From a virus (lineage: Duplodnaviria > Caudoviricetes), in the IMG/VR virus record IMGVR_UViG_3300027747_000354, positions 1-29,438 of that record: a stretch of 29,438 bases of DNA, one strand, 5' to 3'. Positions 17,824 to 25,775 of the stretch are shown here, in pieces. Within the stretch, counting starts at the first letter, position 1. Each line of letters begins with the position of its first letter. The translations under genes were made by a program, and so were the position numbers. The notes below the pieces were generated by a model. It was not told the origin of the DNA, searched no databases, and saw nothing but the letters and a program-made list of their open reading frames with translations.

Positions 17824-20644
17824 TGGGCGGGCTTACCCCAAGCATATCGGAATCAAACTCCAGAGCCTCCACAGGCGGCGCATGAGTGTCAGTGCCAACA
17901 TCAAGGCGAACACGCACGGTTGAGAGATAGGAACCATCGCGGCTTAGGCTATCAAGCAGATCATTAAATGTGATCTGTTTGTCCACGCAAAACAAACGCA
18001 AGGCAGTGCGGATAATGTATATACGCCGTGTATCTGGCTCGTAGCGCACCATGATTGAAGCACGTGGGCTGACAATAGGTGTAGCGGCAATACCTGACTT
18101 TGATGAACTGTGCTTGTTAATGACCAGAATGTTCGGGTTGTACTTCAGTAAAAACTCACCAATCACGGCGCTGTAGTCCTCCATATGCAACTGGGTGTTG
18201 CCCTGCATGATCTGCACTTCTTTGACCGCCCAGTCAAACACCCGTGATACGTCAATGTTGTGCAGGCCCAGCTTCTGAGCCACTAACCCAGCGGTCAGAT
18301 TTGCCGCCGCCATGCCCGACCAGAACCGCTCCCGCGTATCAATCTTTGCGCGGCTGTCGAAGATGGCTTGGGTCTTCAACGCTTGGTCAACAATCTCCTC
18401 CAGATTCTGCGTGAGGTACTGGGCGTAAATACCGCCCGCTAAGCCGTAGTTAGATTGCAGCTTGCCAAATATCTGCTTGGCTTCCCGCTTGTCCAGATTA
18501 TTAGTCGGCTCAATCTTGTACTGCATCAACCGCATAAGCTCACCCTCAGAAGTGGCCTTCAATGCTTCCAACTTGTCAGTCATGCTGGAGTTAGATGTAC
18601 ACACCATCATCGTAGCCCAGTAGCCCTGCGACTCGCGCTCCTCGTTGGTAGATGACTTCATACGGCGGCGCGGCGCACCTTGCGTGGCGCTGTAGGCAAG
18701 ATCAGAAAAGTCATCGCCGCTCATTTTTGTCACTTCATCAATGCCCAACGGGAGGTTGCACATCACAGCCATGCGGTGCAGCTTCACGTTCAATGTATCC
18801 CGCCACTGGAGCATCAACTCATCGGGGTGACCCCATACGCTGTTCATCACTTGCAAGATTGTTGACTTGCCAGTACCCGAGCGGTTGTTTACAAGGTTGA
18901 TAACGCCGCCCTTAATACCCATGAACTTGATGAGCGGTGCACCAAAGGCCGTAAACACTGCAAAGGCATGCGGCTCAAAGCCCGGCATGTTGTAGACGTT
19001 GATGACCTTTTTCCATTCCTCCAGATCACCCACGGGGCGCAGCGCCGCCGCTATTTCTCTCGTAGCCCGTGAGGGCGGGCTGTACTTAACATAACTCGGG
19101 CCGATCTCCCGCGAACCAAGAATAAATTTTGAATCATCATCTGCCCATCCAAATTGGAGTCTCATCATTTCTACCTCTTGTGCAACTTGCAATTCTTTGG
19201 CGCAATCAATAACATAGTTTAGAATGTTTGCCATCTGATTCTGTTTGGCCAAGATACCTTGAAACGAAACCTGCTTGCGGAACTCTTCTTTGCTCAGCAG
19301 GTCTTCCGTAGAAACAGTAAATTCTTTTACGCCATCACGGGGCAGTGTCAGACGCAAGAGTACGGTCTCGCCGTGGCCAAGGTCAAACATCCGTTTAATG
19401 ACAAACAAATCGTACTCGTATACGCAAACAACTTTGCTGTCATCACCGTCCTCTGACTCAGAGTCTTCCTCACCTTTCTTGACGTAGGCGTAGATACCGC
19501 CGTTCTTGCCACGGAAATACCGTGACGGGATAACGGGCATGACAAATTCAGAAGCCGCGCCGTCTTTACCGGACATCTCAACAACAGTGTTTTCTTCGGC
19601 CTTAGCAATCTCATGGCCAAGAACAATCGGGGATTTAATCTGTTTCCAGTACGGGCAACTCGGGCACACACCGGAACGAAAGTCATTGAACGTATCGCAG
19701 GTGTACGGGCCTTTGATAGAGAACGCCTTGCGCTCCGTGGCATCAGCAGAGTACTGCGGGTGTTGCTTGGAGATAATGTGAATGGCTTTCTCACCGTCCA
19801 CACAATGCTTGGCAATAGACAGCCCCGCCCGCCACAGCGGTTCCTCAATATCTGCTTGATTCTCCATCAAATACTTCAACTGCTCACAGCCCGACCCGTG
19901 CATGGTCTTATCAAAGATCGTACGGAACCGCGACTGACGGTTACCCAACAACGAGCGAGTAAAGTCATCCAATTGCTTGGGTGCATACGCTGGCTTGACA
20001 TGAACGATCGGACCCATCAAAGACGCGAAGTCGTCAAACAACATCGGCTCCATTGTGTGCAACACAACCACTTCATTGGCTGGATCGTCTTTGAAATTTA
20101 ACGTGCCGGGGATACGCAAAACACGGGCGGCATCGGCTGGTACATCAGGGTCAATGATGATGTTTAGTTCAAGACATCTGGCCTTAAACGTAGTTGCAAT
20201 AGGCAACCACTTCTCGCGCTCTACTGGTTCTGTCAACGGCCAGTACGCATGCCAGCCACGACCGGAATCCACAATCGTGGGCCTTGGCAGCTTAAGCCCT
20301 TTGCACAAATCCCTCAACGCCATAAACCCGGTGTCTTGGTCAATGTACCCTTTGATGCGCCCGTATTTATCGGGTGTGGCCTTCGTCGGCCCACAATCAA
20401 TATCCAGAAAAAACGATTGCATCATGTCGCAATTGATTGCATCACGACTCTCGTCTGTTTTAAATTTGCCGCAACTGAAATATGCGTTACGCCCCAAACC
20501 CACAAGGCGATCTGCTTCTTCTTGTACTTCTTCTAGTGTTTTATGAAATGCCTGAATCGGTGGTCTACCGTCCAGCAATCCTATTGTGCAATACCAGCCA
20601 TCAGTGGCGGGGACTACACAACGTAACAATTCAATGTCCGCCAT
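17813..20644 (-). CDS. Primase-helicase: AEP/RepB-like primase N-terminus, Cys cluster, DUF927-like domain and P-loop helicase (943 aa)
   Basis: FFLDIDC (DxD), DSGRGWHAYW and DAARVLRIPGT are AEP-type motifs. Four-plus Cys linker (GCEQL, KHC, YTCDTF, CPSCP). QFGW...FILG, Walker A SGTGKST, Walker B GIDE. Confidence 0.85.
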   Translation of the reverse strand: MADIELLRCVVPATDGWYCTIGLLDGRPPIQAFHKTLEEVQEEADRLVGLGRNAYFSCGKFKTDESRDAINCDMMQSFFLDIDCGPTKATPDKYGRIKGYIDQDTGFMALRDLCKGLKLPRPTIVDSGRGWHAYWPLTEPVEREKWLPIATTFKARCLELNIIIDPDVPADAARVLRIPGTLNFKDDPANEVVVLHTMEPMLFDDFASLMGPIVHVKPAYAPKQLDDFTRSLLGNRQSRFRTIFDKTMHGSGCEQLKYLMENQADIEEPLWRAGLSIAKHCVDGEKAIHIISKQHPQYSADATERKAFSIKGPYTCDTFNDFRSGVCPSCPYWKQIKSPIVLGHEIAKAEENTVVEMSGKDGAASEFVMPVIPSRYFRGKNGGIYAYVKKGEEDSESEDGDDSKVVCVYEYDLFVIKRMFDLGHGETVLLRLTLPRDGVKEFTVSTEDLLSKEEFRKQVSFQGILAKQNQMANILNYVIDCAKELQVAQEVEMMRLQFGWADDDSKFILGSREIGPSYVKYSPPSRATREIAAALRPVGDLEEWKKVINVYNMPGFEPHAFAVFTAFGAPLIKFMGIKGGVINLVNNRSGTGKSTILQVMNSVWGHPDELMLQWRDTLNVKLHRMAVMCNLPLGIDEVTKMSGDDFSDLAYSATQGAPRRRMKSSTNEERESQGYWATMMVCTSNSSMTDKLEALKATSEGELMRLMQYKIEPTNNLDKREAKQIFGKLQSNYGLAGGIYAQYLTQNLEEIVDQALKTQAIFDSRAKIDTRERFWSGMAAANLTAGLVAQKLGLHNIDVSRVFDWAVKEVQIMQGNTQLHMEDYSAVIGEFLLKYNPNILVINKHSSSKSGIAATPIVSPRASIMVRYEPDTRRIYIIRTALRLFCVDKQITFNDLLDSLSRDGSYLSTVRVRLDVGTDTHAPPVEALEFDSDMLGVSPPNAN

Positions 20645-20671
20645 TTTGAATCCTGTATCCGTCGTAAAGGA

Positions 20672-20727
20672 GGGGGTGACGAAGGGCAGACGGAATCCCC
20701 TTTCGCTCCGTCGAGCTAGTCACCCCC
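20672..20727 (-). promoter_or_regulatory. Nested inverted-repeat structure upstream of the primase
   Basis: GGGGGTGAC (20672-20680) / GTCACCCCC (20719-20727) enclose GACGGA (20689-20694) / TCCGTC (20707-20712). Confidence 0.7.
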
Positions 20728-20732
20728 AAAAC

Positions 20733-20960
20733 TCACCTAGCGCGTTTAAGGTATTCCGTAATCGCGGCGGTAAAAAGATTGCCGGGTTCGTATTTCCCAG
20801 CAAACCAGTTGTATACGGTTTGTTTGGTAACACCAAAAAAGTCCATAACATCGGTCACTGGGATTTCCCGACTAATGCAAAACCGACCAAGCTTGACGCC
20901 AACATTGTTAATGTCAGCTTGCCGGTTGACCTGCACTACCCGCTGTGAGTATCCAATCAC
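20733..20960 (-). CDS. Cro/XRE-like helix-turn-helix protein (75 aa)
   Basis: VTDVMDFFGVTKQTVYNWFAG is a typical HTH signature. GTGA overlap with the upstream gene. Confidence 0.8.
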   Translation of the reverse strand: MIGYSQRVVQVNRQADINNVGVKLGRFCISREIPVTDVMDFFGVTKQTVYNWFAGKYEPGNLFTAAITEYLKRAR

Positions 20961-21823
20961 TTATCATCTCCCCACTCGTCAACGAGCGTAGACAGGCCGG
21001 ACTTGCTTGGCGCTTTAGACGCAATAGCCTTGGGCTTCTCTTCACGTTTGACGGGTGCTGCAATCTTAGCGGCGGCGGAACCGGGCGGAGCAATCATCTT
21101 AGGCAAGGATGGGCCGTCTTTCTTGGTGAAGTTTAATTTGCCCGCGTTGACTGCAATTGGGGATTCGCCTTGCTCAATGGCAGTGTCGTATGTGTCCTTG
21201 TCCAAGAACTCGGCGTTGCTGAATGTCAGCTTGGGGAAGTCACTGTCAGTATCAAATGTCATGCGGGTAGAAAGCATGTTCAGGTTGAAACCAGACTGCG
21301 CAACGTATTTGGCGTACTGCAAAAAAGGCATGTGGTCAACATCGCCTTGGCCAAACAACGACTTCTGCGGCAAAATCAATTGATAGATATCGCCACCCAC
21401 ATTGTTGCGTAGGGTAACAGCCAACCGCATAGAGTAACGGCAGGCGGCGCGGCCCGCACCAGCAGAACCTTTGATAGACTGCTTGCATTCTTTGCAACGT
21501 GCACCTTGTGGGTCTGGTACGTCCGCATCGGGGCGCTCGCCATCGCTTGACCAGCAGTCGGGGATGCTGGTCTCATCGGCGTTGTACTCCGCGCCGTAGT
21601 AGGATTTCTGTACGGCCCGGCTACCGTTAACAATTACGACATCCATGTAGGGGTCAGTGTTTTTGGCGATCTCTTTGCCGCCATCAATAAGACGGAAGAC
21701 ACGCCCGCGCAGGGTGATGCGCTTGATGCTGCCGCCCGAAGACGAAAAAGCTTTTGTAAAGTCGTCCAGCTTGACGTTTTGCAAGTGGGCGGGAAGGTCT
21801 TTAAAGGTTGTTATGTTGCTCAT
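20957..21823 (-). CDS. Probable single-stranded DNA-binding protein with Cys4 zinc site (288 aa)
   Basis: PDCWS...RCKEC...RAAC, beta-rich core, A/K/P linker, acidic-aromatic tail LVDEWGDDK, replication-module position and GGAG SD. Confidence 0.6.
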   Translation of the reverse strand: MSNITTFKDLPAHLQNVKLDDFTKAFSSSGGSIKRITLRGRVFRLIDGGKEIAKNTDPYMDVVIVNGSRAVQKSYYGAEYNADETSIPDCWSSDGERPDADVPDPQGARCKECKQSIKGSAGAGRAACRYSMRLAVTLRNNVGGDIYQLILPQKSLFGQGDVDHMPFLQYAKYVAQSGFNLNMLSTRMTFDTDSDFPKLTFSNAEFLDKDTYDTAIEQGESPIAVNAGKLNFTKKDGPSLPKMIAPPGSAAAKIAAPVKREEKPKAIASKAPSKSGLSTLVDEWGDDK

Positions 21824-21826
21824 GGT

Positions 21827-22234
21827 TTACTCCGGAGTTGATGTCTTACGACGCACAGTTACCGCATAGCGGCTATCTACATTCAGACCAGCAGGATACT
21901 CGTCAGGATGTTCTTCTAAAAATTGTTTCATGTTGGTGTTGTGGATGCGCTTCTCAAGCACGCCAAACGCATCGTGCTTGGCTACAAGCTTGTAAACTGC
22001 GTCCCAGTTTGTGGTCGAGTACCGTTTGGATACACGGCGTATAACCGTGGCAGTAGGGGTTGAGATGCTATCAGCATCGGTGCTGTTAAGCACATCAAGA
22101 AGCTGGCTCTCAACAAGGGCCATTTGCCCTGCAAGCTCTTCGTCTTCGGCTTCGTACAGCCCCTTCAGCCGCTCTCTGCGCGACCTGATGTCAATATATT
22201 CAGCCGACAGTTTGTCTACGGATTTTTCTTCCAT
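21827..22234 (-). CDS. Coiled-coil protein, possibly Gam/Gp157-like DNA end-protection protein (135 aa)
   Basis: N-terminal coiled coil, NWDAVY core, PAG...VTVRRK end. AAGGA SD and first gene after a strong promoter. The functional call is inference. Confidence 0.5.
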   Translation of the reverse strand: MEEKSVDKLSAEYIDIRSRRERLKGLYEAEDEELAGQMALVESQLLDVLNSTDADSISTPTATVIRRVSKRYSTTNWDAVYKLVAKHDAFGVLEKRIHNTNMKQFLEEHPDEYPAGLNVDSRYAVTVRRKTSTPE

Positions 22235-22257
22235 TTTGTTCCTTGTGTTGTGGGGAA

Positions 22258-22286
22258 ATTCTACGTCTATAGCTAGACTTTGTCAA
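22258..22286 (-). promoter_or_regulatory. Near-consensus sigma70 promoter driving the Gam-like/SSB/HTH/primase genes
   Basis: Minus strand TTGACA (22286-22281), 17-nt spacer, TAGAAT (22263-22258). Confidence 0.9.
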
Positions 22287-23662
22287 GCTTCTTCAAGCTC
22301 TTTTTTGTACAAATCAACAACTTTTTCGTGGTTGTTTATGTTGTTCTGGAGCATGGTATACAACCTGCGTTCCACGGGGCTACCTTCGATGTGAACAATA
22401 GTCATCGGATTGCGCTGGCCGGGCCTGTCAATACGCGCATTGGCTTGCAAGTATGTTTCGGTCGACGTAACGGGAGCGTACCAAATAATTGTGTTGGCCG
22501 CAGTTAGGGTAACCCCGTGGGCGGCAGCTTGTGGCTGAATGACCAGCACTTTTAAATCGTTCTGCTCTTGGAATTTTTTAAATATCTGAGTGCGTTTGTT
22601 AACAGGCACATCGCCGTGGATCACATCGCACTTTACGCCCGCCTTGGTTATGTAGTCTTGCAGCAACGTAATAGTGTGGCGGAACGGCACAAACACTAGC
22701 ACTTTATGACTAGACTCCTCAATAACTTCCTTGACTACGGAAAGGCGGTTGCTAACATCAAAGTCGATTACAGCCCCGCTATCTGTATACACAGCACCGC
22801 AAGATATCTGCAAGAGTTTGTTCATCTTTGCCGCTGCATTAACCGAACTTATTTCTTCGCCAGCAGCTTCAGTCAACATCTGGTCTTTCAATTCTTTGTA
22901 GTATTTACGCTGTTGCGGTGTGGGCGGCGCAATACGGTTCACATGGGTCACTGCTGGCAAGTCAAGGCAGTCCGCTTTTTCAAACCGGATCGCTGGCTGG
23001 AGCATATCAACCACTGTCTGTTCAGCGTTTGGCCGGGGAATCCAACGAAACGGCCCCGCTTGCTGCATCACGGAATCACGGTAGTCACCAAAAAATCTTG
23101 GGGCACGGTTGGGTACGCATAGCTTACCTAGCCCGTACGCATCTACTGGGGATTGCGCGGCGGGCGTACCCGTCAGCATCCACAGCCATGTGTCAGGCGT
23201 AATAAGTTTTTTCATCAACTTCCAACGTTTTGTCTGTACGTTCTTATAGGCGTTGGCCTCGTCAATAACGATCAAATCAAACATCTTGTTGGCAATAGCG
23301 GACTCCGCGATTGCGGGGATGCCGTCGTAGTTAATGACAACAAACTCGGCTGAGCTATTTGCAATCTTCTTGCGCTTATCAGCACTGCCATAAGCAACGT
23401 CCACTGTACGGTGCACAGCAAATTTAAACAGGTCGGCTTGCCATGCGGACTGCATAATAGACAACGGGCACACCACGAGGACGCGTTTAATTAAGCCCGC
23501 CGTCATGAGGTAGTCCGCCGCCCAGATTACGGAAGCTGTTTTGCCGGTGCCCTGCTCGTTAAAACAAAAACCCCTTGAGTTGGTAGATAAAAATTGGGCC
23601 GTTTCACGCTGGTGGTCAAACGGAGTAAACCCCATCGGCCTCGGCCATTTATAATTTTTCAT
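22283..23662 (-). CDS. SNF2-family SF2 helicase (459 aa)
   Basis: PFDHQ Q-motif, EQGTGKT, VVCPLS, IVIDEAN, LTGTP, HGVTLT, QANARIDRPGQ. Confidence 0.92.
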   Translation of the reverse strand: MKNYKWPRPMGFTPFDHQRETAQFLSTNSRGFCFNEQGTGKTASVIWAADYLMTAGLIKRVLVVCPLSIMQSAWQADLFKFAVHRTVDVAYGSADKRKKIANSSAEFVVINYDGIPAIAESAIANKMFDLIVIDEANAYKNVQTKRWKLMKKLITPDTWLWMLTGTPAAQSPVDAYGLGKLCVPNRAPRFFGDYRDSVMQQAGPFRWIPRPNAEQTVVDMLQPAIRFEKADCLDLPAVTHVNRIAPPTPQQRKYYKELKDQMLTEAAGEEISSVNAAAKMNKLLQISCGAVYTDSGAVIDFDVSNRLSVVKEVIEESSHKVLVFVPFRHTITLLQDYITKAGVKCDVIHGDVPVNKRTQIFKKFQEQNDLKVLVIQPQAAAHGVTLTAANTIIWYAPVTSTETYLQANARIDRPGQRNPMTIVHIEGSPVERRLYTMLQNNINNHEKVVDLYKKELEEA

Positions 23663-23973
23663 TTCTTCTTGCGCTCTTTTGTAGAAGTTTCAGATACAAG
23701 CTCGTGGTCGGAGCCGCGCTTAAACGAACGGTTTACGGCGGCTGATTCAATTCTCACGCCGTCAGCGTTTGACCCGCCCCGAGATAAAGCCTTGACGTGT
23801 GCAACATCTTTTCCTTCGCGTTTGTCAGCCTTTCCGTTGTTATTGGTGTCTTGTCCGTCTTTATCAAGAGCACGTCGGGCACGTTGGCGTTCAAGCTTGC
23901 CGGGAATATCTCCTCGCTCAAGCTGCTGTTGATATTCTTTTTTATAGGGTCTTGGTTTATTAACATATGGCAT
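23659..23973 (-). CDS. Small HNH-endonuclease-like protein (104 aa)
   Basis: RPYKKEY N-terminus and GKDVAHVKALSRGGSN...NRSF beta-beta-alpha-metal-like motif. ATGA overlap with the helicase. Confidence 0.7.
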   Translation of the reverse strand: MPYVNKPRPYKKEYQQQLERGDIPGKLERQRARRALDKDGQDTNNNGKADKREGKDVAHVKALSRGGSNADGVRIESAAVNRSFKRGSDHELVSETSTKERKKK

Positions 23974-23987
23974 GATAGTTTTTCCGG

Positions 23988-24221
23988 TTAATCTTTTGGA
24001 TGGGGTGCATTTTGCGGAACTTCAGCGCACATGTAAACGGCTGAATATTGACCTCGTTTTGGCCCTGCCCAACGGTCAATGTAAACCCCCCAAATTGAGG
24101 CCATTGTGTTGTAGAGGGTGGACGGTCGGCAATTAAAATGATCTGCCATTTCGTTTATTGTTAAGCCATCTTGAGATGCCAAAAGCAAGTTACGAATTTC
24201 GGGGTGTCGGGATTTGGACAT
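23988..24221 (-). CDS. Putative winged-HTH protein (77 aa, start moved to ATG 24221)
   Basis: MSKSRHPEIRNLLLASQDGLTINEMADHFNCRPSTLYNTM...VYIDRW. The longer start at 24353 overlaps the upstream gene extensively. Confidence 0.6.
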   Translation of the reverse strand: MSKSRHPEIRNLLLASQDGLTINEMADHFNCRPSTLYNTMASIWGVYIDRWAGPKRGQYSAVYMCAEVPQNAPHPKD

Positions 24222-24396
24222 GGTAAGTGACGTGTTTGTTGGGTTCAGGTTTTGCGGCGCGGCTGTATGTACCAAACTGTTTGTAGCCAAGGCCCTCGGT
24301 GTCATCGAGCAGGCCCGCCTTGCGTTTGCTTTTGAAATGGGGGTCAAGTGCAAAAATGGTGGGCGTTTTGTTTTCTTTCCACAAAAATGGGTTCAT
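24190..24396 (-). CDS. Hypothetical protein (68 aa)
   Basis: AAGGA SD and ATGA coupling to the upstream micro-ORF. Confidence 0.65.
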   Translation of the reverse strand: MNPFLWKENKTPTIFALDPHFKSKRKAGLLDDTEGLGYKQFGTYSRAAKPEPNKHVTYHVQIPTPRNS

Positions 24397-24527
24397 GTTT
24401 CGTCCTTTAACAGTTGTTCCAGTTCTTCTTCGGTGATGAATGGTATTGCTTTTGGCAGATCATCTGGTATCTGCCGCCATTTCATCTCGCGTTCAATGCG
24501 CTTAAATTCGTCGTCTTCGGTGTTCAT
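24393..24527 (-). CDS. Hypothetical protein (44 aa, not in ORF track): MNTEDDEFKRIEREMKWRQIPDDLPKAIPFITEEELEQLLKDET
   Basis: ATGA overlaps at both ends, AAGGGG SD, exactly fills the gap. Confidence 0.8.
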   Translation of the reverse strand: MNTEDDEFKRIEREMKWRQIPDDLPKAIPFITEEELEQLLKDET

Positions 24528-24721
24528 GCTTGTCCCCTTGATTGAATGTGGTCAACGCTTACCCAACCTAACGAATCAGCAAGCCCAAGAATTGCTTGAC
24601 GCTCGGCGGAAGCACCAGCGGCATATGCGCTTCGGTAAAGGTCTTCATACATCTTATGTAAATCTGAACGATAACCAAGACCGTTTTCATTTGACCAATT
24701 TTTAATTTCTTCTTTAGTCAT
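24524..24721 (-). CDS. Hypothetical protein (65 aa) ending IQSRGQA
   Basis: ATGA-coupled on both sides. AYAAGASAERQAI...IQSRGQA pattern. Confidence 0.75.
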   Translation of the reverse strand: MTKEEIKNWSNENGLGYRSDLHKMYEDLYRSAYAAGASAERQAILGLADSLGWVSVDHIQSRGQA

Positions 24722-24734
24722 GCTTGTCCCCTTG
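24524..24734. repeat. 17-bp direct repeat TCATGCTTGTCCCCTTG at two gene junctions
   Basis: Identical copies at 24524-24540 and 24718-24734. Confidence 0.95.
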
Positions 24735-25002
24735 CTCGGATTTGTCTTGCCGCAAACTTAAAGCAGGCTTTTTCCACATTCTCATATGTTTCGATATTTT
24801 CAACTGTCATTGCACACGCCTCACGCTCCCCGCGAATCAGAATGGCGGTACGCTCCATCCATTTGTCACGCTCATCTTCACGCACCAGCTTGGCAAAGGC
24901 TTCCATACGAGCAGTGATTTCTTGGAAAGAATCGTGACCCACTTGTTCAAACCCAGCCTCACGGGCCATCTCTAGCACTTGTCGTTTACGCCATCCACTC
25001 AT
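24718..25002 (-). CDS. Hypothetical protein of the phage EREACA...IRARG type (94 aa)
   Basis: MAREAGF...EAFAKLV...EREACA...IRARGQA. GGAGG SD. Confidence 0.8.
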   Translation of the reverse strand: MSGWRKRQVLEMAREAGFEQVGHDSFQEITARMEAFAKLVREDERDKWMERTAILIRGEREACAMTVENIETYENVEKACFKFAARQIRARGQA

Positions 25003-25081
25003 AAAACCTCCACAGGATCAATGACGCACACACGGCGCATAGCACCGTGACATAAACCTCAAGTCGTGTTTGTCGTTTCAT
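24986..25081 (-). CDS. Small membrane peptide (31 aa, not in ORF track): MKRQTRLEVYVTVLCAVCASLILWRFYEWMA
   Basis: GAGGT SD 4 nt before the ATG. Basic N-terminus plus a hydrophobic stretch. Confidence 0.6.
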   Translation of the reverse strand: MKRQTRLEVYVTVLCAVCASLILWRFYEWMA

Positions 25082-25083
25082 GT

Positions 25084-25140
25084 TTACCTCAGTGGATAAG
25101 GTGGAAAGGGCCAGTTGTCGGGCCATTGTTTAGGGTTCAT
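25084..25140 (-). CDS. Micro-peptide (18 aa, not in ORF track): MNPKQWPDNWPFPPYPLR
   Basis: Strong AAGGAG SD 6 nt before the ATG. Its stop codon overlaps the SD of the next ORF. Confidence 0.6.
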   Translation of the reverse strand: MNPKQWPDNWPFPPYPLR

Positions 25141-25143
25141 GTC

Positions 25144-25365
25144 TTACTCCTTGTCAATAAATACTTCTGCTTGAGTCTCAATCCATACCCGCGCACCGCA
25201 GGACAGGGGCTTTTCTGAATAGATAACTTGGCTTGGCCCGTTGATCGTCACTGCATGGGCATAGGTTGTGGTCTTGTACGTCTTCACCGTCAGCACAGGG
25301 TCGTTTGCGCCATCCTTTACGTTGGCTTTGATGACGTGTTGGTTTACATGGATGATTGTTTTCAT
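25144..25365 (-). CDS. Phage hypothetical protein (73 aa, start moved to ATG 25365)
   Basis: MKTIIHVNQHVIKAN...PLSCGARVWIET. GGGAGG SD and ATGA overlap with the upstream stop. Confidence 0.8.
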   Translation of the reverse strand: MKTIIHVNQHVIKANVKDGANDPVLTVKTYKTTTYAHAVTINGPSQVIYSEKPLSCGARVWIETQAEVFIDKE

Positions 25366-25574
25366 GCCTCCCTCGCTTTCAGCATGGCGTCTGCCATTGC
25401 GTAAGAGACTCGGGCCGCTTCTTCTTTGACGTCCTTGTCCATGAAAACGCAAGCGTCTACAAACTCTTTGTCCGCACAATAACCCTGCATCGCCTTGGCC
25501 GCAAAGTAATCACGCAAGCTCATGCCATACACATTACTGAAATGAGAATTTGGAAATGCTGGTTCGTTTTTCAT
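25362..25574 (-). CDS. Phage protein of the PAFP...LRDYFAAKAM...ADAML family (70 aa)
   Basis: Signature EPAFP, GMSLRDYFAAKAMQG and YAMADAMLKAR. AAGGAG SD. Confidence 0.85.
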   Translation of the reverse strand: MKNEPAFPNSHFSNVYGMSLRDYFAAKAMQGYCADKEFVDACVFMDKDVKEEAARVSYAMADAMLKAREA

Positions 25575-25774
25575 TTTTTACTCCTTGCCTCTCGGCATGC
25601 TTGTTTAACTTCCAGTGCCACGTCAGGGCTGAACTCCACAAGGGAGCAGTCCATCTTCTTCACCTCCGTCATTGACGGATACATCCAAAAGCACAGCGCC
25701 AAGAGGCACATAACGCCAAAGATGATTACGGCGGTGATTGCTAGTTCTTTCATAAAGTACAGTGTTGCGTTCAT
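25571..25774 (-). CDS. Small membrane-anchored protein (about 67 aa, start moved to ATG 25774)
   Basis: Hydrophobic LAITAVIIFGVMCLLALCFW followed by DCS...SPD...VKQACR. Begins 1 nt after the upstream stop. Confidence 0.65.
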   Translation of the reverse strand: MNATLYFMKELAITAVIIFGVMCLLALCFWMYPSMTEVKKMDCSLVEFSPDVALEVKQACREARSKK

Positions 25775-25775
25775 T

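Noticed and set aside
17599-17967. + strand 122-aa ORF preceded by AAGGAG
   Set aside because: The GTG overlaps the SD with no spacer, and the ORF is antisense to two credible genes.
18824-18834. GGGGTGACCCC near-palindrome resembling the intergenic 9-mer
   Set aside because: Lies within primase coding sequence (WGHP) and is explained by the protein.
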